Assembly: GCF_006345805.1 (NCBI RefSeq)
Contig: NC_043011.1
Coordinates: 30,206,464-30,270,463 of the forward strand
Direction: 5' to 3'
Source of the DNA: Octopus sinensis
Lineage: Eukaryota
Length of the DNA: 64,000 nucleotides
The notes below the pieces were generated by a model that worked only from the letters and a program-made list of their open reading frames with translations, searched no databases and was not told the DNA's origin. Of this stretch, positions 1 to 12,669 are shown in pieces; the stretch's first letter is position 1, and every line of letters begins with the position of its first letter. Made by a program: the position numbers and the translations under genes.

Positions 1-214
1 ACACAACAATAGCAAAACTACTGATAAAGTGATGCTTCACATAAAAATACCTTGCGGTATTTATTCAGCCCATTTTGCACCAACACTTATGGCCATATCA
101 TATTGGAATCACTGGTTGGTTCTTGTCTAATCACTGAAGCTAAAAAATGGTGAGTCTAGTTAGTATAGACAGGTAGCCACTCGGGAAATGTGGATGTTGT
201 AATCAGTAACCACC

Positions 215-345
215 AAGGTCCAGTTCATGTTGTGGTATATGGTAGCTCGTGTGTCTTAGTGCCCTGAGAGCCATGCCAGTAGAGCATAAGCACCTGGTAG
301 GGCCTTCCATGCTGGATAGCTCCAAGGATAGAGGCCAGATGAATA
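215..345 (+). mobile_element. Decayed RTE-clade LINE 5' UTR fragment
   Basis: ccctgagagccatgccagtag...ctggtagggccttccatgctgg resembles the RTE/BovB 5' UTR motif; a related copy lies inverted near 58010-58125. Confidence 0.45.
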
Positions 346-769
346 TAGATCACTTCTTCTCAGAGGTAAATATAGATTCACTTAGAAATCACACCCCTAC
401 CAAAAATAAAAGACAGTTTCAGAAGCATCAAGAATAATTCATAACCAACAAGATCTGGGAGAGAAAGGATTCCCCCCAGGGAGCAGCGCTGACAATCCAG
501 AGTCAAAAACAGTGGGGAAAATCCAACAATGACCTAAGCTTTTTGGGGAGCAAAGCTCTTAAGTATGTTATGTAATGTTGCACCAACACATGTTTGTCAT
601 TCCTGTATGTTAAATTTAAACTAATTATAGGTCGATTAGAAACTGATAACCAATGATTCTATTGTTCACGAAAGCATGATATACCATGCAGCGGTGGTGC
701 CCCAGCATAGCCGCGGCTTTTGGGCTAAAACATTTTTAAGGATTTAAGGATTTATAAAATATCAGACAA

Positions 770-985
770 ATATGGCAAGCTCACAGAATTGCTAGCATGC
801 CAAGCAAAATACTTAGTGGCTTTTCGTCCATCTTTGTGTTCTGAGTTCAAATTCTGCCGAGGTTGACTTTACCCTTCATCCGCTAGGGGTTGATAAAATA
901 AGTACAAGTTGAGCAGTGGGGTCAATGTAATTGACTTGCTTCCACTCCTGAAATTATTGGCTTTGTGCAAAAACTTGAAACCAAT
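770..985 (+). mobile_element. SINE family B, diverged copy
   Basis: Matches the repeated gagctggcagaa...ttctgagttcaaattc...gtcgactttgcctttcatcc...gataaa...gtacc unit seen many times in the window. Confidence 0.8.
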
Positions 986-1154
986 ATAAAATGTCTGACA
1001 CAAAGAATCAACAAGACAGAAACAAAAATAGAGAATACTTTCGTCAATTGAATAATTTTGTCCGTTAATACTTTCAAAGTATTAAATATTTTTATATGAC
1101 CAATAAACATACATTCCATTATTTTATATACTTCGTTTGTTTGTCTTCTTTTAG

Positions 1155-1225
1155 ATTACCAACATTTAATGCTTAGTGATTCTCATGACTTTGCTGACTC
1201 CACTATGGGCCTTGGTACTAACAAT
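1155..1225 (+). CDS. Candidate internal coding exon of unidentified host gene, (D)YQHLMLSDSHDFADSTMGLGTNN
   Basis: Acceptor ttgtttgtcttcttttag, donor AAT|gtaggt (alternative TAG|gtatta at 1229), open frame, unique sequence; phase-0 end fits the exon at 10004. Confidence 0.3.
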
Positions 1226-1286
1226 GTAGGTATTACAGTAAAAGATTAAAAAGCCATTAATATAGATACACACACACGTATGTGTG

Positions 1287-1291
1287 TATAT

Positions 1292-1362
<71 letters not shown>

Positions 1363-1409
1363 CATATATATATATACATATATATACATATATATATATA
1401 TATTACATA

Positions 1410-1484
<75 letters not shown>

Positions 1485-1584
1485 TATATACATATATATA
1501 TATGCATGTATGCATATATATATATATTATATATATATACACACATACATACATACATACATACATACATACATACATACATAC

Positions 1585-1620
<36 letters not shown>
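1287..1620. repeat. Compound (TA)n/(TACA)n microsatellite
   Basis: Direct reading. Confidence 0.97.
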
Positions 1621-1621
<1 letters not shown>

Positions 1622-1692
1622 ATGCATCATTGGCAGCCTGGGTGAATTAAAATGGTCTGACAGATGAATGTCTGTATTGGCATTGTCTTGAT

Positions 1693-1706
1693 GTTTCCAT
1701 AGCAAC
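1693..1706. promoter_or_regulatory. RFX X-box-like palindrome GTTTCCATAGCAAC
   Basis: Matches the RFX consensus GTTNCCATRGNAAC, lies in unique sequence, and is followed by a consensus donor G|gtaagt at 1770/1771. Confidence 0.4.
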
Positions 1707-2167
1707 ACTGACATAACTTTGATATATATCTAACCTGTATCACTGAGAGATATTCTTTATAAAGATTTTCGGTAAGTAGTTAGTAATGAAAGTATTGTAT
1801 ACTTTCATTTTTGACATAACCCCCATACCAACTGCATCTTGTCTAACGAAAAAAAAATAATAAATGATGGAAAAAGTTTATTGAAATTGTTACTTCTGGA
1901 AGCATTTATTATTTCGGTAAGATATTTTATAGGAAGTAATGTAAAATAGATTTAAGTGTTTCAGAAAGTCACTGTGTCAAAGATGGAAATCAAGGAGTAA
2001 GAACAAACCAAAAATCACAGTTTACACTTTTAGTTTGTTTCAATATTTCAAATTTAATAAGGCTATGTAAAGAGAAACAAAAAAAAAAATGAAATAGAAA
2101 TAGAACACAGAATTGGTCAGTACAGGTATGTGAAGATAGGGTGTGTGTAACATGCACAGTTTGGTAA

Positions 2168-2170
<3 letters not shown>

Positions 2171-2223
<53 letters not shown>

Positions 2224-2640
2224 GTCTGTTGCATGTTTCAAATGGCATTTTTTGAGGCAGATTTCCTACGTCTGGATGCCTTTTCTGTCATCAACCTTCA
2301 TCTATTTCCAAACAAGATAATATTTTCCTATAGCCAGGCATGTTTTTTAATAGAAGGCTGAAACAAGCAACATTACTACTCATTTACAACCATCATAGGA
2401 CTTCTAGACAGGGGTACACACACACATACACTCACACATGCCTGCATACACACACGCACACACATGCACACACATATACACATGAAAGGCTTCTTTCAGT
2501 TTCCACCTACAAAATCCACTCAAAAGGCTTTGGTTAGCCCAGGTCAATACTACAAAACATTTGCCCAAGGTGCCACACAGCAGGACTGAACCCAAGACCA
2601 TTTGGTTGCGAAGCAAGCTTCTTAACCACACAGTCATGCC
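2171..2640 (-). mobile_element. (CAT)n tail plus decayed RTE 3' end, joined to a SINE family A head
   Basis: (GAT)n tail on minus strand, ggatgcc...tcctgtca motif, and SINE A head 2470-2640. Confidence 0.7.
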
Positions 2641-2911
2641 AACACCTATATTGTATTAGCCATGTTGCATCACACAACTGTTGTATGTTGTTGATTGCAG
2701 GATTTAATTCATTAATTAGAATAATCTCCTTAATCCTCAAATTTCCAATATTCTGTTCTTGGGTTTTGGTGGTAATTGTGATAATTAAGTTAGGACATCT
2801 TTACAGATGTTTTCTAAAAGAAAAGTATTTGTATGACTATATCCTTTAACAGAGATGTACAGTTTTCAAATGATGCTTCTAGCATAAAATTTCTGCCACA
2901 TTTATTATATA

Positions 2912-3831
2912 CTAGTTTAAAAGCCGCTTTCCTTGTGAACTTTTAAGATAGCTCCTGTGGAGGACTAATTAGGCCTGTGGACAAAACTGAAGAGAGCAAT
3001 AATAATAAAACATTTATTGGTATTTCATTTTTTGATTTGGTTTGCAAGATTCTTTATATGAGTTCGTGTGTTGAAGTATATTCTGTTGTGTCTGGAGAGA
3101 GTAATTTTCTTTTTGTGCCTTATAATGTAACACACTCACCGGTAAAATTTCCACTTATTTCTTATTTTTATTTTCTTAAAATTTTCGTTGCATCTTTCAA
3201 CCTTTTCAATAGTCTTGACTCTCAGAAATTTTTGGTATCCTACTGTCTCAGATTTATAACACAGAGTATTGCATTTGGAGGATTTTGTACCACTGTGACA
3301 TTTGGAGATCACTGCCAAGCAGCAGGATGAACAACATTCTTGGTTTTACCATTTGGTGTTAGTACGAAGAGAGTGTTGCCATTTTCAGCTCTGGAACAAC
3401 CAGCATAGAGCTGACCATAGGAAAAGTTCTGCTGCATGAGGTGAAGTCCAACAATTTTAAGTGATTGTCCTTGACTCTTGTTAATTGTTTTATTGTAGGT
3501 AATGGAGGTAATTGTCACAAAGTTTTGGTATTAAATTCAAAACGTTTTGATCAGTTTTCTAACACAATGTCACATTTATTATTATAGCTAAGGGAGGTAA
3601 CTCTTATAAACCGTTTGAAACCTCTTGCAGTTGCCTTGCCTGCTAAAAATAGCAGCCCAAATGCTCTTACATCAGATCCCAATGCTGGATGTTCAAGAAC
3701 CAAATGAAAGTCAGATTTTCAATCCCAGGATCGTCCTGATTCCAAAATGATATAATATGTTTATGTAGAGCAAATGTAGACTAAGATACAGGGATCCCAG
3801 GCAGACAGAATTTCACTTTTATTTATATAGA
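2912..3831 (-). mobile_element. Internally deleted Helitron with PIF1-like helicase C-terminal remnant
   Basis: Minus strand starts A|TC at 3831 and ends CTAG|T at 2912; 3309-3518 encodes TINKSQGQSL..VGL...FSYGQLY..SR (Helitron helicase motifs V/VI). Confidence 0.8.
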
Positions 3832-4003
3832 TTATGTGGTACACTATGTAAGTCCAGAAATGCTTATCCATATAATTGATAAGGGCATGTAGCTAGTGAG
3901 CTTATATTGTTGGTGTGGGTATGTGAGCTAATTTCAAAGCAGGAGTTTTCTCAGAGAAGACTGTACCAGCTGTCTATCTCATGATGGATGACCTGGTGGA
4001 TAG

Positions 4004-4388
4004 TACTCTTTTACTTGTTTTAGTTATTTGACTGCAGCCATGCTGGAGCACCACCTTTAGTTTTAGCAAATCAACCTCAGGACTTATTCTTTGTAAGCCT
4101 AGTTCTTATTCTATATGTCTCTTTTGCCGAACCGCTAAGTTACGGGAACATAAACACACCAACATCGTTTGTCAAGCAATGTTGGGGGGACAATCACAGA
4201 CACACAAACATATATACACACATACATATCCATATATATACATATATACAATGGGCTTCTTTCAGTTTTCGTCTACCAAATCCACTCACAAGGCTTTGGT
4301 CGACTCGAGGCTATAATAGAAGACACTTGCCCAGACCTAGAACCATGTGATTGGTAAGCAAGCTACTTACCACACAGCCACTCCTGCA
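4004..4388 (-). mobile_element. tRNA-derived SINE family A
   Basis: A-box-like tggctgtgtgg head, central TA/TG tract, tail ...gactgaaacaagtaaaagag; many copies in window. Confidence 0.9.
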
Positions 4389-4506
4389 TAGGTTTTATGA
4401 TTAAGGTGCAGCAGCTTTGGGAATAAAGGGTTGTCATTCAATCCAGCAGTTTGCTGGATACTTTCACACTATCAAGCCTATGCCAGCATGGAAAACAGAC
4501 ATTAAA

Positions 4507-4685
4507 TGATGATGATGATAGTGGTGGTGATGGTGGCAGTGACAGTGGTGGTGGTGGTGACGACAAGAACGATGATGATGATGATGACAACAACAATGAT
4601 GATGATGACGATGACGATGAGAATGACGACGACAATGATGATGATGATGATGATGATGATGATAATGATAATGATGATGATGATG
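4507..4685 (+). repeat. (GAT/GAC/GGT)n trinucleotide repeat seeded by an RTE 3' tail
   Basis: Preceded by gcatggaaaacagacattaaat, the terminus of the RTE at 28209-28253. Confidence 0.85.
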
Positions 4686-5214
4686 AAGCAAGTGGCTTTG
4701 GCATTTTCTGACCTGTAAGGTACAAATAAAGCCTTGCAAGCAGTTTTCCTGTGAAAGTTGGTTTTAATGAATATCACCTCTGTGATCTTTGATCCAGAAA
4801 TTAACCAGGAAGAGAGAAACCTGGTGCCATTGAGAGGTTCCATTTCAAAATTTACATTGTCATTCATATTATTCAGCATGTCATGTACATTATTTATACA
4901 AGAAGAAAACACAAAAGTAGAAAGTCTTAAAGACTCTCTAATCTTGGTGAGCCATACAAATGATTGCCAATAATTCCACAACACATAGCTTCATAAGGTT
5001 TCCTAGTGTCTGTTTATATGTGAAGTCACTAAAATGGTTGTATGTATTGGTCACAATAACTATCAGAAATTAGTGGATGCCTGAAGTTTTGCAACCAGAA
5101 CAGCAAAGGGAGCAAGAAATTGTAACCAATCACTATACTAGGAAGAGAAGGTAATAAGAATAGAGGCAATCATAGTCTTGACTAAAGATATACTTATTTA
5201 CTGTGATGTGAGTA

Positions 5215-5762
5215 AATGTTGGTTTCAAATTTTGGCACAAGGCCAGCAGTTTTGGAGGAATGAGAGGTTAATTAGATTGACCCCAATTCTCAACAGGTGC
5301 TTGTTTAATCGACCCCAAAAGAATGGAGGCGCAATGACCGAGTGGTTAGGGCAGTGGACTTGCAGTCAGAGGATTGCGGTTTTGATTCCCAGACCAGGTG
5401 TTGTGTGTGTTTATTGATCGAAAACACCTAAAAGCTCCACGAGGCTCTGGCAGGGGGTGGTGGTGACCCCTATTGTACTCTTTCATCCCAACTTTCTCTC
5501 ACTTTTTCTTTCTGTTTCTTGAGTAACACTGCAATGGACTGGTGTCCCGTCCAGCTGGGAGGAACACATATGCCATAGAAACCGAGAAACTGGGCCCATG
5601 AGCTTGGCTAGGCTTGAAAAGGGTGCAGAAAAAAAAATTTTAAAAAAAGAATGAAAGGTAAAGTGAACCTCAGCGGAATTTGAACTCAGAATGTAAAGAC
5701 GAATAAAATGCTGCTAAGCATTTTTCCCAGCTTGCAAACGATTCTGCCAGCTCCCTGCCTTA
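5215..5762 (-). mobile_element. SINE family B, split by a SINE D insertion
   Basis: Family B sequence on both sides of 5325-5644. Confidence 0.85.
5325..5644 (+). mobile_element. tRNA-derived SINE family D
   Basis: tRNA-like head, gatggactgg..gtccag...agaaacc tail, approximate TSD aaaagaatg; copies at 53173 (+) and 43770 (-). Confidence 0.85.
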
Positions 5763-7770
5763 ATATCAGTAAATGTTTAGAGTTTGTTCGTGATGTTAGA
5801 ACTGTTGATGTAACTGGAGAATGTTGTTGATGTAACAAAAATATGTGCAAGAGTTACAAGAATATGTGGAAATGAACCATAAAAGCTACAATTAGTGGTT
5901 GATAGTGTAAGGAACGAGGTACCCAGGGTAGAATTAAATTCATGAAGTATTAAGGATACAAGTAAAAATATTTGAAAATCTTCTTTCTTTTACTTATTTT
6001 ACCCATACAGGCTTGAAGATTTTGGACAGGATGCAAAATATTTTAAAATAATCATTCATCTATGCTAGAGACAAGGGGCCTAGTTTTTATTTTGGATCTA
6101 GGCTTTTATATCTTAATCAGATGGTATTTTCGATAAGTCTGATATTTCTAGTGGCCAAATTTTAGTTTGGGGAAACATCCACATTTACCAATGTTCCTTC
6201 AGCTGGCATTCATGATATTTTTGAGCTGGTGTAAAATGATGTTGGTGATCGTTCCCTTTCACATAGACTTGTTTAAGCATTAGATCACTTAGGCATTAAG
6301 GATGCAGAATTCTCCTCTCTCTGAATATAAGATTCTTAGATTGTTAATATCACAAAGTAAGAAGTGGAGAGCTAGAGAGGTTATAGGACGACAGAGTGTT
6401 TCTGGTATGTAACAGTAAACAGAAAATTTAAGCCTAGAAAGGTTAGCATTAAGCCTTGGGTTGGTTAGAGCAGTGTAGCATGAATTGTTTTCTCAATGGA
6501 AGGTAGGTATTGTGGCTAAGGTAGAGGTTGGTTTCAGAGCTGATGATACCCACTGTAGGCACTACAAAAGTTTATATATCAACTTTGTTATTATGTCATC
6601 AGGTTAAGATGAACTTTGGAACCAGGCTTAGCAGTTTTATTTGTGCAGATGAAAGGAATTCTGTCAGATGCATGACAAAAGGAACATAAGTATTGATGGG
6701 CCATTTATCTGTGATGTTGGTATGATTGTTGCAAGTTGTCAATGTAATTGTGGAAGGAAGAATCTGTGCAATATTATTTCCTTAAAATCCAAAAGAATTT
6801 ACATCAGTGTCATTTCTTGACATAGGGAATTTGGTTGTAGGAGCATTGGTCAATCATCTTGGGTAAACATGGTTAATGAAGTGCCGGGAAATAGGTCAAA
6901 TTTTACATTCAGATCTGAAATCATTTAAATATATTAACAGGGCAGTAGAAATAAAAAAGTGTCAGAGAAGCTTCTTAATCATGAAACTTCTATGGAGGTT
7001 AGAGAGACTTCTGTAACAAGCCAATCTAAAGTATTCAGGTAGGTGAATGTTCCTGATTGTATTAGGGAAGCTACCACATTTCAAGCAATGCTTTAGGGAA
7101 ATTCATCTGGTAGCCAATCTCCACCTGTTTTTTTCTGATAGATTAAATAAATAAATAAATAATGGAAGAACATATAGCCTAACTAAGGGGTAATGAGATT
7201 AGAATAGTATGGTTTATATGAAGCATTGTGAAATCGAGTTAAGTGTTTTTGAAAGCAATTACATTGTGAGTTGGATACAAAAGAGTGGAAGCAACAGCAA
7301 AAAAAAAAAAAACAACTGTTTATACTGTGACATGTTTCAATATTTTGGATTTAAAACAGCCTTTATCAAGAGAACAAAAAAAGAAAAGGAAAATGGAGAT
7401 TAAGGTTAGATCTGATCTGCACAATTATGTAGGCGCTAAAGAAGGGGAGGGCATGACATGCACAGAATTGTTGCACTCCATTATTCAATTAGCATTGTGT
7501 AATTCTTTCTTGTTTATACTGGTGTGATGCAATTATCAAAAATATTAGTGTTTTTTAAAGAATGTTTGTATTTTTTGTTACCTATTTATTTATCTATCTA
7601 ACTGTATATGACAGACTTCTGTACAGTTTTCAAGTGTCAAATTTCATTTGCAAGGTATTGTCTGACTGAGACCTTGGTAGAAGACACTTGTCTAAGTGTC
7701 CTCTCAGGATGACCAATCTGAAGTCCTTCAGATATGTGTATGTGTGTGAATGTGTGTGTGGATATGAGCA

Positions 7771-7810
<40 letters not shown>

Positions 7811-7820
7811 GATAAATAGT

Positions 7821-7869
<49 letters not shown>

Positions 7870-7964
7870 TGGCAGATAAAGATACATATGCATATACATA
7901 TGCATATATACATATACATATACATATATACATATACATATATACATATACATATATATATATC

Positions 7965-8310
7965 TATAAAGTTAATCCAAACAAGAAAGCACAAAAAAAC
8001 ACAACAACGCAAGGACGTGGAACAAATATAGTATTATTGGACGCTCAGGAAAGAAGGAAAGAAGGAGGGTTTGACGTTTCGAGCAGAGCTCTTCGTCGGA
8101 AACATAGGAGAAGGAAAGATCCAGAGAAGGGAAGACAGAAGAAAAAAAATTGCCAGCGGTACACACAAGGTCACATTTTGAAAGACAGGAAGGAAAAGGG
8201 TGAAGAAAGACAGAAGAGTAGTATTGTCAAAGACTGCAGAATGGTAGAGGGGGAATGTGTGTGTAAGTGTGGATATGTGCGTGCACGGAGGTCTGCGTGT
8301 GCGTGTGTGT
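7965..8310 (-). mobile_element. PLE terminal-repeat (pLTR) fragment inserted in (TA)n
   Basis: Flanked by TA repeats and contains a minimal hammerhead. Confidence 0.6.
8069..8103 (-). ncRNA. Minimal type I hammerhead ribozyme (CCGA core variant)
   Basis: GUUU-CCGACGA-A-GAGC ucu GCUC-GAAAC-GUC^-AAAC: stem I, stem II, palindromic ACGU stem III. Confidence 0.7.
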
Positions 8311-8494
8311 GTATATATATATATATATGTACACACATACATACACAGACTTCCACACACATACATGATTACAGGTAAGTTCACCACAAGGAAAGTTTAC
8401 CGAAAAAATATATCCATTGTATCTCAACATTAATAGTTAAAAACTATTTTATTGAAAAAAAAAGTGAATTAATGATGGTAAACTTACTGGACAT

Positions 8495-8705
8495 ATACAT
8501 ACATACATACATACATACATACATACATGCATGCATACATACATACATACATACATGCATGCATACATACATACATACATACATGCATACATACATACAC
8601 ACACACACATACATACATACATACATACATACATACATACATACATACATACACACACACATACACACATACATACATACATACATACATACATACATAC
8701 ATACA
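8495..8705. repeat. (CATA)n microsatellite
   Basis: Direct reading. Confidence 0.97.
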
Positions 8706-8957
8706 TGTACATTGTAGTTAAGAAGTTTGCATTGTAATAACACAGTTGTTATTTCTAGCAGATGAACCAGGTGTGTAGAGCCTTCCTTGTTAGTTTGGTA
8801 GTCTCATATGACTTAGCTTTGTATTCTGGGATAAGCATGGAACCTTTAAGTTTGCCTGAGCCAGTCACTCCAGAATAAGAATAGTTCCTTCCAAGAGAAT
8901 TTTGTGATTATAAAGTGATTTTCTTAACCATACATCCGCTCCAGGCCATGGAAGAAA

Positions 8958-9163
8958 TGTGCAAGAGTTACAAGAATATGTGGAAATGAACCATAAAAGC
9001 TGCAGTTATCAGAGAGCAATGAAATGAAATGTGAATTAAGGATAAATCTAAAGTGGTTGATAGTGAAAGGAACGAGGTACCCAGGGTAGAATTAAATTCA
9101 TGAAGTATTAAGGATACAAGTAAAGATATTTGAAAATCTTCTTTCTGTTTCTTATTTTACCCA
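8958..9163 (-). repeat. Local duplicate of PLE segment 5844-6005 carrying about 45 extra bp
   Basis: Near-identical tgtgcaagagttacaag...ttattttaccca. Confidence 0.85.
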
Positions 9164-10003
9164 CTGGACTGCAGTCATGCTGGAGCACTGCTTTGAAAAG
9201 TTTAATTTAAAACAAATGAGCTCCACTACTTTCTTTTTAGCCTGGTACTTAATTTATTTGTCCCATATGCCAAGCCAGTTGCTCACGGGAATATAAGCAA
9301 ACCAACACCAATTGTTATGTTCTGGTAGGTAGACAAACACACATGCACACACACACATGCACGCACGCACACACACACATATATATGTAGGCACAATTGT
9401 GGCTGTGTGGTAAGGAGTTTGTTTCACAGCCACATGGCTCTAGGTTCAGTCCCACTGCATAGCATCTCGGGCAAGTACTTTCTTCTATAGCTTTGGGCTA
9501 AGCAAAGCATGCATATATATATGTATGTATGTATGTATGTATATATACATACATATGCATATATATTTGAAAGATTTCAGGCTGGTCAACTGTAGGTTGT
9601 GAAGTAGAAAGGGCTTGCTCAAAACCTGAGACTTGAAGAATAGGTAAGGGTTAGTGATGGTTGTAAGACAATGCTTCACTAATAAGTTTGTCTAACCCAT
9701 GCTGGTAAGAAGAAAAAAAACAGATATAAAACAAACAAACAAAATGAACAAATAACTAATATTTATGATGTCAAGCATAGAATTGTGAAGAAAATATGAC
9801 CTTGAAAGAACCTAAGCACACGATGTAAAGAGAGAATGAGACAGAGACACACAGACAGACAGATTTCACATTATAAATCCTTGAGTGACAAAGAGGGAAA
9901 GGTAAACTTGGTGGGATTTAACGGGACAATATACAGAGACAGAAACATAATAATGAAAGTCATTTAGCTTAGTATTTACTATTTCTGCCACACCTCCTTG
10001 TAG

Positions 10004-10065
10004 GAAAACAATATTGATGAAGATAACCCAGATGATGACAAAAAGCCTTTAACGACCGACAAAAG
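10004..10065 (+). CDS. Candidate coding exon ENNIDEDNPDDDKKPLTTDK(R/S)
   Basis: Acceptor tttactatttctgccacacctccttgtag, purine-rich protein-like frame, donor AAG|gtttca ending in phase 2. Confidence 0.4.
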
Positions 10066-10127
10066 GTTTCAACAAATTATGTCTATACACCTGTCTGTTA
10101 CTTTCTTTTAATTACTTTTGCTTTCAG

Positions 10128-10182
10128 TCTCAATGTTTTCCTGAATGAAACTAACCTCACCTATGCATACTCAGTACATTGA
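10128..10182 (+). CDS. Candidate terminal exon (S)LNVFLNETNLTYAYSVH*
   Basis: Acceptor ttaattacttttgctttcag, phase 2, AATAAA at 10227; the implied 62-nt intron is short. Confidence 0.3.
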
Positions 10183-11319
10183 ACAACAACTAGTAATCAC
10201 TATAAACAAGAGCAAAACCATAGCAGAATAAACTATAAAGTTGAGCAATTTTACTGCTACACTTTCATAAAAAGAAGACAGAATGAATATATTTACACCT
10301 GAATCAATCCATAGCAGAGTTGATAAGGTTGTATTACCAATACGGTCAGTGTATTTGCTTCCACCTGAGTGAATCCAGTTGCTAAAACATTAGTTTGTTA
10401 GAAATAAATACTTAGATGAAAGAAGCTTTGATATAACAGGTCCCACCACTTCCCTGAGATCGATAATATAAATTGGTTTGCTTTTTTGATTCATTTATTC
10501 TTTTCATTTTTTTTTTAAGGATATTTTAATTTTCACTTTTTGTTTGTTTGTTTGTTTTGTTTTTTATTTGTTTTTCATTCTTCTCCATTTTCCTGAAGGG
10601 TTTTGCTTTTTCTTTTCCTTACAAATTCATGTGTATTTATTGGTACATGCATATATACGTATATGTATGTGTGTGTTGGTACATGCATATATATGAACGT
10701 GTGTATGTGTGTGCATGTGTATGCATGTGTGCAAACATGCAAGTATGTGTGTGCATGTGTATGTTTGTGTGTGTGTGTCACCAATGGAAATATTCAGTTT
10801 GAAATTGGTTTTAGGAATCATTCAATACACAATTTTATGTAAATCTATAAATAACCATCACCAACAGTATGACAGTTACCATGCAATAGCTTGCTAGTGT
10901 CTTGTTTAGTTCAGTAACATCATCACTACCACAACCACCACCACTAGCACTACCACCACCATCGTTATTCTCGTCTATGTGAGATTTTGGATAGAGTTCA
11001 GTCTATCACAAGCATTCAAAACAGATGATTCTTTCTTGGTCTCTTAAACAAAAATGTTTCTTTTTTGTACATCAGCCACATCAACCTTATACTGTATATA
11101 GGGCATTGGTATACGAAACATGTGTAAAGCAGAGATGTATCTTCTGAATGTGCTAGGTGTGTGTTGCACACCCATTGAAAATGGCATATCCATTATAAAT
11201 ATTAATCTTGTTCATTAATTTAATTGCAAATCTTAATAGAAAACGTTTGTTATACTCCTGATTGAAATTTGGTGGTATTAGATGTGGCAGCACACCCAGT
11301 ACAACAACCACCATATACC

Positions 11320-11448
11320 ACTGATGTAAACGCTTGAAACAAATGATATGAGTATGTTCTGATGGTTGTGCAATATCAGCATGTATTAGTGATACGGCAC
11401 AAATACGTTAAGATGTAAACTGGGTATCAAAGAAATCAAATGTGGTGA
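11320..11448 (+). mobile_element. Decayed RTE RT C-terminal remnant
   Basis: RLETNDMSMF*WLCNIS...KLGIKEIKCG resembles the 27233 RTE ORF. Confidence 0.55.
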
Positions 11449-11449
11449 C

Positions 11450-12400
11450 CGAGAGTTCAAAGTTCAAGTCCTACCAACATTAACTTCGTTTTTTATCCTT
11501 TTATGGGTTGATTCCTTGTGGCATTTGTTTCAGCTCTTTGTGTTCTGAGATTAGAGATTAAATACCACTATGAGATTTGAACTTAAAATTTAACCCCAAA
11601 TTCCACTGATAAATTTTTGGTTACATGCATGAATTGACAGAACACAAACATGTTGAGAGAAAAACTGGACTATCAGAGGAATCAGATAGGATGTCTTGTC
11701 CAAGAGTTCAGAATTTAAATTTTGCTATAGTTAAATTTGTCTCTCATACTCTTGGGTTTGAAAAAGAAAGTATCAGGCCAAAATGGTCTTGTGGAAGAAT
11801 TTTAGGATCATAGATCAAGTATATTGCACCCAGGGAAGTCTTTAAATTGTTGGCCTCTACATCTGCCTCTCTGCTTACACAGCAGACCCAAAAGTGTCAA
11901 CCCCATAAAAGCATTGCCCAAAGCAGAGTTGTCCCATCACCCCATTCACCCCTAGCTTTGATACTGTTTTAGGTTTTGAACTTAGATTTGAACATAGGAT
12001 TTGAACTTAGAATTTCACATCAAATTTCACCAACAAATCTTTGATTATAAGCATAAATGACAGAGCACAATTGTGCTGAGTGAAAAAGTTGGCTATGAAA
12101 GAAATTAGACATAATGTTCAAGAGTTCCAAATTCAAACCTTGCCAAGATGATCTTAGTCATTCACTCTTTGAGTTGGTGTTTTGCAGCATTTGTTTCAGT
12201 TCTTTGCTGAGAAACAAGCTGAGTATTAGAGGAATCAGATATGGTTCCCAAGAGTTTAACTCCTGCCAAGGTAAGCTTTGTCTTTGATCCATTTCGGGTT
12301 GATCCATTTAGCATTTATTCTAGTCTTGCTGTTCTGAGATCAAATACTACAAAGGAATTTGAACTTACAATCACACATCAAATTTCCAATTATGACTTTA
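11450..12400. repeat. Degenerate tandem units containing SINE-B-like pieces
   Basis: gatttgaactta.aattt.a..caaattc unit recurs near 11574, 11998 and 12355. Confidence 0.6.
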
Positions 12401-12669
12401 CTTATATCTAAGTATACACTGTTCAATGTATTCTTCTATTTTTAAGACAGTACACTATGATTTCAAGGAGAATTGGTTGCTATTTTCTGTAGATCAATCA
12501 AGCCAAGTAAAGGGACACTTGCTGGCATATATTTGTTGTTTAGTCCCAGTTTGATCCTGGTCAAGCAAAAGTGATCCAGCCAGGAACGTTCTGTCTTCAT
12601 TTAAAAGATGGTGATGAATGAGGATGACAATGTCCGCCAGATTGAATTGTATAATATGAGGAGGACCTC

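Larger units (their letters stand above)
4715..7130 (-). mobile_element. Highly decayed Penelope-like retroelement interrupted by SINEs
   Basis: Minus-strand remnants LTEFLSSAQIKLLSLVPKF (about 6610-6667), KGTITNII (DKG-like, about 6235-6258) and LNNMNDNVNFEMEPLNGTRFL (PLE RT FTME..LPFLD region). Confidence 0.55.

Noticed and set aside
1246-1714. YI/HT/CV/MY-repeat ORFs here and throughout the window
   Set aside because: Translations of (TA)n, (CA)n and (TACA)n microsatellites
4169-4357. Recurring ...[15 protein letters not shown]...EPCGW peptide family
   Set aside because: Antisense translation of SINE family A, not a gene family
4438-4739. Poly-Asp/His/Ser/Met ORFs (also 34574-34786 and 41780-42010)
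   Set aside because: Trinucleotide repeats open in several frames; the first is an RTE tail expansion; no reflectin motif
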